From: Perkinsus olseni
Taxonomy: Eukaryota
DNA length: 64,000 bases
Direction: 5' to 3'
Assembly: GCA_013115125.1 (NCBI GenBank)
Contig: JABANN010000001.1
Location: forward strand, 1-64,000
In this document: positions 52,170 through 64,000 of the stretch, one piece after another
How positions within the stretch are numbered: the stretch's first letter is position 1
Layout: every line of letters starts with the position of its first letter
Position numbers and translations under genes: made by a program
Notes under the pieces: model-generated
Seen by the model: only the letters and a program-made list of their open reading frames with translations
Database searches by the model: none
What the model was told of the DNA's origin: nothing

Positions 52170-52414
52170 TCCGGAACCAAGGGGACACCAACTGCTACTG
52201 CCGTTATCACCAGACCACCTCTCCCAGTCCACAACACAACAGCCGTTCACACTAACAATGAAAAGAGTGGATATGTTGACAGGAAAACGGTGGAGGCTTC
52301 TTCTACGGCGCCTCGTCGGTCAATTATCGTGTCTTCTATAGCTACGTAAAATCCAGAAATCTGTGGATAGGCCCTCAGAGGGCCGCTCTCTAAGGCCAAA
52401 TTATCTACAAAGCT

Positions 52415-53821
52415 CTACTTCCTCGCCTTGTCGAAAGCAGTTTTCGACAGCCACTCCAGAGTCACCGACTTGGGCCTCTCGATTGGCATGGCCATAGCCC
52501 GGGCCCAGATCATCTGCGCCATCACGCCCAGCGTCCTGGACACGGCAAAAGTGACTGTGTAGTAGTCCGACTCCTTAAGGCCGTAATGCTGCATCATAGT
52601 GCCAGACAGGGCATCCACATTCGGGTAAGGGTTCTGAATTTTACCAGTAGCCTGCAGGATGGGTGGGATTGTCTCGAAGCAGACCTCAGACAGCTTGAAC
52701 ATCGGATCGTCCGCGATGTGTTCGAGACAGAACTCCCTCTCCAAAACGTACCGGGGGTCAGTGGCTCTGAGAACAGCATGGCCGTAGCCAGGGACCACCA
52801 GGCCCTTGGCCATAGTATCTTTCACGTACTGCGTCACTGACTCGGCGCTAGGCTCGATACCAAGACGTTGGTGGTACTCCCTGAGCCTCGTCAGCCAGTT
52901 GAGACTCTCTTGATTAGCTAAACCGTGAAGGGGACCAGCGAGGCCACAGATACCAGCCGCCCAAGCGTAGAAGGGATCGGCGAGGGCAGAGCCAACCAGA
53001 TGGGTCGTGTGGGAAGATACGTTGCCACCCTCATGGTCAGCATGCATTGTTAGATACAAACGAGTAGCTTCCTTAAAGTTATCATCCTCCGAGACGCCAA
53101 GCATGTTGGCGAAATTGCCAGCCCAATCGAGATGAGGGTCGGTCTCGATGAAGATGCCGTTGTAGAATGATCTTCGATATACCCTAGCCGCCACTTGAGG
53201 CACGCGGGCAATCAACGTGATCGCATCATCAAGGATGTACTCCCAGTAGTCCTTCTTAGCCAGCCCACCCTGAGAGTGCTTCTGAGTAAACTGAGAGTAG
53301 GGCTGCATCGCAAGGATGCCAATCGCCAGCTGGGTCATAGGGTGCATAGAGGTCGGCAAGGCGTCAATGGACTCGATGACATCAGCAGGCAGCCAACTGC
53401 GACGATGCATTTCCTCGTTAAGATTAGAGACAATCTCAGGAGTGGGCACCTCACCAGTCATCAGGAGCCAAAACGCTCCCTCCGGCAGACCGATTTTACC
53501 GTTAGGTTGGGCCTTGGGAAGCGCGGCGTTGACCTCTTTTAGAGTCATACCGCGATAGCGAATGCCCTCAACAGGGTCCAAGTCGGAGGTGTCAGTAATC
53601 ATCGCCTTGATGCCACGCATACCACCAACGACCATACCAGCAGTAACGTCACCAATAACGACGTCCTTGTACTTCTTCTTGATGTCGAGGAGGCGTGGTT
53701 GCTCACGAGCAGCCAGATGCTCGACCTTGGTCTTCAACTCTTGGATGACCGGAGCCGCATGGTGATAAAAACGAGAACCCAAGACACCGATTCGGGGCGA
53801 TAGGAGTTGTCGGGATAACAT
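52415..53821 (-). CDS. CS: Mitochondrial (eukaryotic-type) citrate synthase, intronless, 468 aa
   Basis: GGMRGIK, HPMTQL, DHEGGNVSSHT, GPLHGLANQE, VVPGYGHAVLR.TDPRY, PNVDA and IERPKS motifs, plus an N-terminal presequence. Confidence 0.97.
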   Translation of the reverse strand: MLSRQLLSPRIGVLGSRFYHHAAPVIQELKTKVEHLAAREQPRLLDIKKKYKDVVIGDVTAGMVVGGMRGIKAMITDTSDLDPVEGIRYRGMTLKEVNAALPKAQPNGKIGLPEGAFWLLMTGEVPTPEIVSNLNEEMHRRSWLPADVIESIDALPTSMHPMTQLAIGILAMQPYSQFTQKHSQGGLAKKDYWEYILDDAITLIARVPQVAARVYRRSFYNGIFIETDPHLDWAGNFANMLGVSEDDNFKEATRLYLTMHADHEGGNVSSHTTHLVGSALADPFYAWAAGICGLAGPLHGLANQESLNWLTRLREYHQRLGIEPSAESVTQYVKDTMAKGLVVPGYGHAVLRATDPRYVLEREFCLEHIADDPMFKLSEVCFETIPPILQATGKIQNPYPNVDALSGTMMQHYGLKESDYYTVTFAVSRTLGVMAQMIWARAMAMPIERPKSVTLEWLSKTAFDKARK

Positions 53822-54188
53822 GGAGAGATAAAAAAATGTAAACTATTGAGTAGAGAGCTTTTCCGGAGCCTGCTGTGGTAACTAGCGATTGAATCACCGA
53901 CCACCTCCTCCTCGTGTCCGGGTTGTTCACGCCCCGGCAGCATTTCGTGGTCGCCTGCCTAGGATTTCCCGCTGTAGGATGGAGCGACTCCTGACATTTT
54001 TCGAAGGGCTCCTTGCATAACAAGAGTGAACAAGAGCATGTCACAGAGAGCGTCTCCGCTTGTGGGGGCGCGCGACTCCGACTGAACTCAGAGCTTCCGC
54101 TAACCGCCCAGGTTCGATCCCTGGGTCGGTCGTTTTTCCCCGGACTTCTCATCACTGTAGCGCTCATAGCAAAGGGGCCCACCGCGAA

Positions 54189-56142
<1,954 letters not shown>

Positions 56143-56279
56143 TGTCCTCTTCCCTACTACTGAATTGAAACGTTTGCCTGGCGTTTCGAAGCAACGTACT
56201 TGGCGTCCTTGTCGTGTTAAGGGGAGCGGCGTATCGTCGACTCAGGTGTTTATTACCTATATTCATTACTGTCCTCTAG

Positions 56280-58479
56280 ATGGCTCCAGGATTGCCTCTC
56301 AGTCGGGAAAATCTCCTCACCGTTATCGACCAGGGTAACGGTATCAAGGACTCCATCACTCTCGCGCAAAGTGCAGGATGGGACCATGCCAAGCTGGTTG
56401 GTGTCATCAAGAGTTTAGAGGTAGTCCCATGGGCCGTGCCCACTTGTTTCGGTAACGCTCCGCTCCGCTTTTCTCAGTCTATCGAGTACGTCACCACCAC
56501 GCCTTTCGAGGAGGAGAAGTGGACGACGACCGAGGAGGGCGAGCAGTACGCCACTGTTGGCAGCCCCGAAGCTCAGGTTATTACCGAGGGGTGATGTGTA
56601 GATGGTCTTCGCCATGGTTGCCACCCCTGTCAGGTTGTTTCCTACGTCAAGGAGCACGGCCCCTGTGTTCAGAAAGATATCATTGCCTCTCTCGGAGGCG
56701 TTGCCAAGGTAATAGAATCTTTCAGATGGGGTTCACGGTGAGACTTCCGGCTCAGATTGGTTTCGGTGCAGCCATGAAGAACGGCTGGTTGTCAATGGAC
56801 AAGGCCACTAAGGAAGTGTCAGTGTCTGACAAGGCCAAGGACGGTATCGAGGATACCGTAGCCGATCTTCTGACCAAGGTAGTAGACTCGTCAGCTCTAG
56901 TTGTTCATACCCGCCATCATTACGGCAGGTCAGTAAGGGCGAAGCCGCCTCCCTTGCCAAGGGCGATATGGACATGCTCAAGAAGAGGAAATTGGTAGCC
57001 TTGGGAAAGAAGGGCGTCAGAGGCGGCCAACTGGGCCTCATCAGATACACCTCACCAAGACTACAGGGTTCAAGGTGGACAAGACGAGCAACTTCAGGAC
57101 AGAGATTGTGAAGCAAGAGACCGAGCTTACTCAGGAGATGATCCAGAATAAGTCCTGGAAGGATGTCCAGTTCAAACCGTAGTCGTACATATGAGGAGGT
57201 GTGGCGGCATTTTGAAGTGATTAGTTACAACTTGAAAACTGCCCTCGGCCGGGACCTTGGCGGCGGCCATCTACATCCCCTTCTTAAGGTCAAGACTGAG
57301 ATCAGGTAGGTAGCTTTTCAATACCACATTATCCTCAACTCGTTCTTCTTTGACAGGAATATCCTTCTCCTTATGGGCTTCGAAGAGATGCCCACTAACC
57401 GTTATCTGGAGTCCTCCTTCTGGAACTTCGATGCCCTCTTCCAACCCCAGCAACACCCCGCTCGTGATGCTCATGATACGTACGTGCCCCAGAGAAGAGA
57501 GGAGAGGCACGCCCCTCCTGATGGTGCTGTCGTCTTAGGTTCTTCATCACCTCGCCTGCCTCCACCAACACGATCCCTAAGGACTACATGACTGATGTCA
57601 AGTAAGCTGCGGCCTCGCGAGGGCGGCAGCTTCCATGGTCGATTTTCTGTTAGGAAAATGCACGAAGTCGGCGGTTACGGCTCTATCGGCTGGCGGTACG
57701 ACTGGTCCGAGGAGGAGTCTCGAAAGAATATCCTGAGGTTGGCTTTGGCACCGGTTATTGAGAGAAGATCCTTTTATTTCTGCTAGAACCCACACCACCG
57801 CTGTCAGTACTCGTGTTCTCTACGAGATGGGGCAGGACTACATCCGCACCGGCGTTTTCAAGTGAGCAACATCCTCGAGACTTGTCAAACCCACCATCCT
57901 CCCTTTCCAGGCCCAAGAAGTGCTTCTCTATCGATCGTGTTTTCCGTAATGAGACCTTGGATGCGACCCATCTCGCCGAGTTCCACCAAGTGGAAGGTTT
58001 CGTGGCCGACCGTAACCTCACCCTCGGCAACTTGATCGGCGTAAGGCCGTTCATGACACACGGCAGCTGCTAAGGCCCTTTTTCAGGTCATCCGGGAGTT
58101 CTTCCGGCGTATGGGTCTCACGGATCTCCGCTTCAAGCCAGCGTATAATCCCTACACTGAGCCCAGTATGGAGATCTTCGCCTTCCATCCGATGCTCGAC
58201 AAGTGGGTGGAAATCGGCAATTCTGGTATCTTCCGACCGGAGATGATCCGTCCTATGGTGAGTAACTTCACCTTTGCTTCGCGTGAATAATAAGATTCTT
58301 TTCAGGGCATTCCCGAGGACGTGTCGGTGATCGCTTGGGGCCTTTCCGTCGAGCGACCTACCATGATCCAGTACGGCATCGGTAACATTCGTGAGCTCTT
58401 CGGCCATAAGATGGACGTCACCACTTTGAAGAAGAATCCTGTCTGCTGGTTGCATCCTGGTGAGGAGGATGCTGACTAG
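56280..58479 (+). CDS. FARSA: Cytosolic phenylalanyl-tRNA synthetase alpha subunit, multi-exon
   Basis: [92 protein letters not shown] and [14 protein letters not shown]. Confidence 0.98.
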
Positions 58480-58802
58480 GGACTGCATCAGCAGCAATGG
58501 AGCTGTTGTGCAATATACAACCAGTTTCTCGACTATAGCTTGTGCTTTGTTCTGAGCCATGTCACCCAAAAATAGAGCAGGACCTCTGTCAACCTCTGCG
58601 AACCCTTCGCGTTGCTCGGCATCTTCACTGGAATTTCCGTTCTGCCGGTAAAGAGTAGCAAATATTCCCACGCTCGGAATGCACGTCAAAGGTAAATACA
58701 GATTTCCGTGCTATGAGGGCGAGTGGGGGGACCGGTGAACCCCTCCGCCACTCGTAGCAGAAATAACTACGGTCTTTACAACGTGATCAGCGTGGAAAAT
58801 TC

Positions 58803-60510
58803 TCATTCCTGATGGTAACAGATGTGACTGGGGGCAACACAAGCCTTCCGCGTGAGATGAAGAAACTCAATGCCTCCGCTTCTTCTGACGGCCATGAGCG
58901 CCGGGGACCTTCTGTTGGCCTGAAAGGCAAAGCGTCTTCGTCCACCATCGAGGATGGTACGTACCTTGCCGTTGAGGACGTTGTTGCTGCTGTGGAACCT
59001 GTGGCTGCTGTTGCGTCTGGGTCGGCCCTTGGGCGGACTCGGCCAGAGAGCCGCTAGACATGCTGGTCCGGAGGCCATGGGCCACGGGAGCCGGGAAGGC
59101 TGCCTGGCCGGGTGAGGGAGAACGAGAGTGATGAGTACCTGCGCTGTTACTTGGAGCAGTCCTATGGAAGGGCCGTACCTGGCGGGACAGGGCTGGTCAC
59201 CTGCATGACCCGTGGGGCGTTGTGATGCACCGAGCGATGGTACTGATGCAAATGGTACCTGTAAAGGAAGCACTACATTGGCTAGTAGAGGCCGCTGCCC
59301 CTCCCTACTGATGGAAATAGTGGACAGTCCCTGAGTGGCCTCCAGCGCCGTGATGACCTCCGCCTTCAGCAGCACCGGCACTCCCACAGGCCTTCTTACA
59401 GAACGCATCCAGCAGCTGCAGGAAGGGCGTGGCGACCGCCTTTTGAGGGGTGAACGCTCCTCCGCCCCGCTGGACAGGGGTGTTGGACCCTCCAGTGTAT
59501 TGCCGGGTATCTTCGGGGATATCAGGCAGGGGGATGACTCCACCAGGAAAGCTTCCCGGCGGCGGAGGAGGGGGTGAACCTGCACAGGATCTATTGAGTG
59601 CCTCGTGACTATTGAGGTTGTACCTTTCCTAGCCTGCGAGGGAGGCCCCTGAGAGCGAGGAGGGGGAGGCATGATAGACTTGGGAGCCTCGGCCGCCCTT
59701 GCTGCGGGAGCCTGGCTAGTCAGAGGCTGAGTCCGTTCTTGTCGTATGACTCCTCGACTGGTCTCCGTAGCGGCCGGTTGGCGTCCCGCAGCAGCCACCG
59801 TAGCCTTTGCTGAAGGGACAAACCCACTTATAACCGGGCGGACACGAGCATTGAACATTACGGGGATCGGTAACGCTGATCGCCGGTGACTTATCGGTGC
59901 CATTGAGTTGGGCTGGTGTCGGACTCGACGTCTCTTCCCGATGAGCAGCAGCAGCAGGATCGCTGCCGAGAGAGGAGGTCGACTTACGACGCACACGAGC
60001 ACCCCTGGCTGATGAGGTCTCCCGAGAGGCAGGACTGAAGCACCATACTGCTGGCCTGGGGGCTCCCTTCACGAGATTACCTATTCTCGTTGAAGGAGCT
60101 AGAGCGTCGGCGTAGGGGGGAGGATGGCAACGCTAAGGGTGCGGCAGTAAGACCATCGGGGAATAGCTGAACAGTAGAAGCGTTATGGTAAATGCCCAAC
60201 AAAGCGCGCTCTCGGTACTTGGTCGATATAGTCCTTGGGCAGGCGGCCCTCCGCTATCATCTGTGAGAGTGGCTTCCGCTTGGCCAGAAGGGCTTCCAAG
60301 GGTTTGGAGGTTCGTCGTACCTAGGAACCACCCTCGAGCCCACGAGAGGAGAGAGTATCTTTACGATGCTTATGCCCTGCATGATGTTGCTCTCGATAAG
60401 GTCTCGCTTGCTCCACTGCAAGGAGCGTTGGAAAAGGGGTTCGACTCTCGCTACGATGGACTCGAAGGAGCCTATGCTCGATCTGTCACACACGCCGTTG
60501 GGAGTCACTT
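58803..60510 (-). CDS. Hypothetical low-complexity (Pro/Ser/Arg-rich) protein; may be the 3' part of the upstream gene
   Basis: Long minus-strand open frames (58803-60002, 59716-60072) with a short Cys cluster QCSCPPGYKWVCPFSKGYGGCC. Exon structure not resolved. Confidence 0.35.
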
Positions 60511-60643
60511 GAACCTGCCCAAACTGGAACTGTCAAGATGATAACATCACACGAGTTCTTGAGGGTTTATGCTGCTCTGAGAGCTGTGATTTCACCCGAA
60601 CTCGATCATCAGCAACATTGCTTTAATCAAGCATTAGTTCCCT

Positions 60644-63222
60644 TTAATCCAATGAAGCGGGCGAAATGCGGTATGTCCTATTGGGAATGCCGGTAATGGT
60701 AGGACCCATGCCCTGTATTACGATATCGCTCTCTGGTGGCTCCGAGTCCGTGGTCGTAGAGCCTCTAGTCTTGTTCGGAGCGGCTCTAGCCTTCACGCTG
60801 CCTTCAGGTTTACGAGCCTTCACACACTTGGCCAACTGCAGCATCAACTCCCTCACGCTGAAGCCTTGAGGTATAAACCTGAGACGACCGCCCATCTACG
60901 GCCCACCAGACGCGAGGGCGCCTCACTCTGGACGATTGTGTATAATCTTAGTCACATCATACAGCTTCTCACTGAGCATGTCTCTGAGCAGGGCCCCGGC
61001 CCTCTCGGGCATCCGTACTTCTGCTGCTGCCGAACTCTCAAGGGCGCTGTCAGACTTCGCTGGAGGCTGCAACCCGCGGGATTGAAGAATGCGCATTTGG
61101 AATTGTATATTGGCTTTGGCTCGGACCTGCACAACGACAGACGTCCAAGTCGGAGACCAAGTGATAGGGGGTTGGCTACATCGAAGCCAACGCCGCGGAC
61201 CAGGGAGTAGATCTCATCGGGGATGAACTCTGATATCCTTGCTGGGTCGAGTTGCTCGCTCAACTGAAAGATACCTCATGAAGACGGCGGAGCGAAGCCG
61301 GACCCGTCAGCCACCATCAAGTAGAATAAGAAAGTGGCTCTGAGAAGGGCAAGCCATATTCCTGCGGCAACTGGACTGATGGGATCCTCCTTCCCTACGA
61401 ACTTCAGCTGCCGAGGCATTGCTAGGACAGCCTAGAACAGGGACCATCACAACTGAGGCCGCTACTGCGATGCTTACCGAGCAGACATGGACGCACAGGA
61501 CCCCCCCGATAACGAGGTTGCTATTGCTAAAGTTGGGCCTGCATGCATCGTCCAGATCATGAAAAAAGTGTTGTGGTAGTTGAGTGGTGGTAAAGTCGAC
61601 GAGCGCTTCCAATAGACGATTGAGAATATTCTGCAGTCGATTGAGCCGCTGCTGGGGTGTCAGTTTCTGAGCAGCATCGAAAAGTACCAGCAAGGCCACT
61701 CCTGCTGCCAACTCTGTCACGCGCCACGAAATTCCCCTCGAACTCCTCACGTCACTCGACTGCCCTCCCTGGTACTACCGATCCTCCAGAAGCGAGTTCT
61801 CGAACTTGAGACTGTACATGACTGAGGTACTCCTTGAGTTGATTATGTCTGTAGACTGTCACGAACGCCCTCAGGAAGCAGCCGATGTTGCTGAACAGAT
61901 AGAGGAGCCTCCGCACTGGTCGGTCCCCAGCGGAGACTCGGAAAACCTGAGGAACGGTGCAGTCGAGAAGGAGCTTCATCCAGAAGGGATCGCAATAACC
62001 CATCAGGCATTCGTAGCATGACGTCGGCGATGAACCGACTCCCAATGGGAGTGCGGCACATCCCTGAAAGGCTACCTCCTGTTCCGAGAGGCGGCCAAAA
62101 AAGCGGAGCGTAGCGGTGTAGTCCATCGCGTGCATGAGTATGAGAGCAGTCTTATCCTTATTGGCAACAGAAGCAACATGGTAGAGAGCGTAAGGCAGCA
62201 CCTGACCTCGGAGTTCTCTCACTTCCTCGGACAGTCGCAACGACTACCCCGGCCGGGTTGTTAACCATCTTGATGATCTGCAGGATGTAGGGTTTACTAG
62301 CTTCATCAGGGTTTATACTATCGCTGGCGATATCCCAGGCCTTGCAAACACTGTACTGTATCCGAACCTGCATGCCCGCAATACGCCTGTCTCGATGCTA
62401 CTACCACTACTACTTCAAGGAGCCTGTTCTCATGTGTGAATTGGACCCAGCGGTCCACCATATGGCCACCTCTGCCGGCCTCCTTGTATGATATCTAATT
62501 CAAACTGGAGAGACCGGAGGCCCTCCAGGCGGGTTGTCTCACCTTCAGAGGCTCTCCAACTATTTTAGCCTCTGGACGGCCAGGCGGAGTGCTCCCGCCC
62601 TTGGCGACCTTTTCGTCATCCTTGCCACAGGACCATGGAAGGGGCGATGGAAACGGAACGCCCTGGGAATCCCGATACATCCCAGACCTGTTTTCTGACA
62701 CCTCTAGCTGCTCACCGGTCCAGGCTGGACGACAAGGCATAGCTCCAGAGGCCGCTCGAAAGCCGCAGGAATGATGAGAGCGTCAGCGAACCTATTCAGG
62801 GCGGGTTCGAAGGCCGTGGGTCCACACTACCACACTACCTGCTTTCGCTGATGTAGTACTGGGAGAAAACATTACTTCGAAGACAGAAAGCGTAGCGAGG
62901 CCCAGCAGCGGGCGACCTCTCAGTAAGCAGGCCCCCAGAACCTCTGCCCGAGGCCGCTGCTGTGGCCGCATCTACTACCGCCGCCGAGGACTTCCCTTCC
63001 TTGGGAGACGCTGCTGGGCCCATCCGCGTGTCCACGACTGACCCAAGAGAGACTGTGCTTCAATGGCAGCGACACATCCCCGATATTACAGTTGAAGTAG
63101 AGTATGCCCGATACTGTGGCGGGGTCGGAGGTCGGACCACTGGCCACACTGCCATGTCCCCCTCCACCGTCACTTGGCGACTTGCCGCTGGTATCTCCCG
63201 GAGGAGCCTCAGCCATATTCAA
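60644..63222 (-). CDS. Hypothetical protein, multi-exon, predicted helical
   Basis: Consecutive minus-strand ORFs with protein-like composition (e.g. LPYALYHVASVANKDKTALILMHAMDY, LNRLQNILNRLLEALVDF) separated by intron-sized gaps. No family recognised. Confidence 0.5.
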
Positions 63223-63457
63223 CCCCGAAGATCGACGCCAACGACGACGCTACAAACGACTGTATTCCCAGAGACCGTCGTGGTTATGACTGAACTCAAG
63301 CATGTAAGATACCCAGTGAAAAGATACGACAGTACTTGAAAAGAAACTCGCTTTTAGTAGAGTACGCTAACTGCCTCCTTCCCCATGTCTAACTCGGTCA
63401 CGCTGGCCAGATCCGAGGTTAATGTTACTAGCAGCTTTGATGATACGTTTTGGCAGC

Positions 63458-64000
63458 TTAGGCGGCGGTCACAGCGGCGGTCGACTCCTCAGTGCCGGTG
63501 GTCATGTCCGACCAGAAGTTGATGGCGTCCAAGGCCACCTTGCAGCTCTCGACAACAACCGCTTCATCCTGAGGAGAAAGGTGGAGTAACGCAAAGGGGA
63601 AACGAGAGAGGCGAGAAAGGTACCTCATTATGGTTGACAGGCCTTTGGACGTATTCCCTGAGGAACTTGGTGGCCTCCTCGCCGCCGACGGAGCCGAGTG
63701 CTACAGCGGACTCATGACGGACCATGCATGCCTCATCAGTGTCCTTCACTGAGTCAATCAGGGCCTTGACGCTCGAGAGGGTCTGCCATAGCGGGAGCGA
63801 TGAAACGGGGGCCGAGTCCAGGTGAGGCTGTACTCACCATTTCCTTATCGGCATCGAATGCAACCTGTGCTACGACAAAGGCAAGCTCGTGCCTCATCAA
63901 GGCCGAGGAGTGGTCCTCTCTCAAAACTCTGGCGAGAGCCTTCAAAGCCTCGGGATCGGGAGACCTGCCGACGACCAGCGTGGAAAGGCAGCAAGAGATC
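63458..64000 (-). CDS. DOHH: Deoxyhypusine hydroxylase (HEAT-repeat diiron enzyme), 3' part; 5' end outside the window
   Basis: SALMRHELAFVVAQ, CMVRHESAVALGSVG and VVVESCKVALD (HE iron-binding motifs). Confidence 0.92.

Noticed and set aside
52586-53765. Plus-strand ORFs overlapping citrate synthase, and similar antisense ORFs over NMD3, ELMO and PheRS
   Set aside because: Antisense shadows of GC-rich coding sequence with no independent motifs.
54060-54137. Complete tRNA gene
   Set aside because: Only a T-arm-like hairpin. There is no 5' acceptor strand, D-arm or anticodon arm at the expected spacing.
56855-56878. Spliced-leader-like string accgtagccgatcttctgaccaag (and accgtagcctttgctgaag near 59797)
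   Set aside because: Only the first 9 nt match the dinoflagellate/Perkinsus leader, and both lie within coding sequence (Phe[11 protein letters not shown], and antisense to an ORF).

Overview
This is eukaryotic nuclear DNA with a very compact, intron-dense layout: most introns are GT-AG and about 45-60 nt, and intergenic spacers are short. That layout and the gene content suggest a protist, probably a Perkinsus-type alveolate (inferred, not proven). Most ORF-track entries are exon fragments or antisense noise, so I rebuilt the genes by joining exons; outer boundaries are approximate. Housekeeping genes dominate both ends: Mei2-like RRM protein, exosome RNase PH subunit, TMEM164, ANK-SAM-TM protein, NMD3, LTA4H/M1 aminopeptidase, Ctf4/AND-1, EFHC1/Rib72, S10 carboxypeptidase, SH3+ELMO protein, SmD3, citrate synthase, RBBP4, PheRS-alpha and DOHH. 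Between them (~25.5-45 kb) is a rearranged 'accessory' block. It holds a duplicated moaC (one copy a pseudogene), lineage-specific ORFs, a fatty-acid hydroxylase, PGAM5, mL49, a SMYD protein and an assembly gap. The most striking unexplained signal is a recurring set of paired or overlapping perfect palindromes in that block, with arms up to 29 bp. One cluster is absent from the paralogous copy, which points to an iterative fold-back (snap-back) DNA synthesis process. Other notable items are an SH3+ELMO fusion with flanking PxxP motifs, an SmD3 whose RG tail is replaced by KG repeats, a Ctf4 lacking the N-terminal WD40 domain, an intronless citrate synthase, and an over-represented GCTTCGCTCCGCT motif. 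I found no CRISPR array, rRNA, complete tRNA or autonomous transposon.
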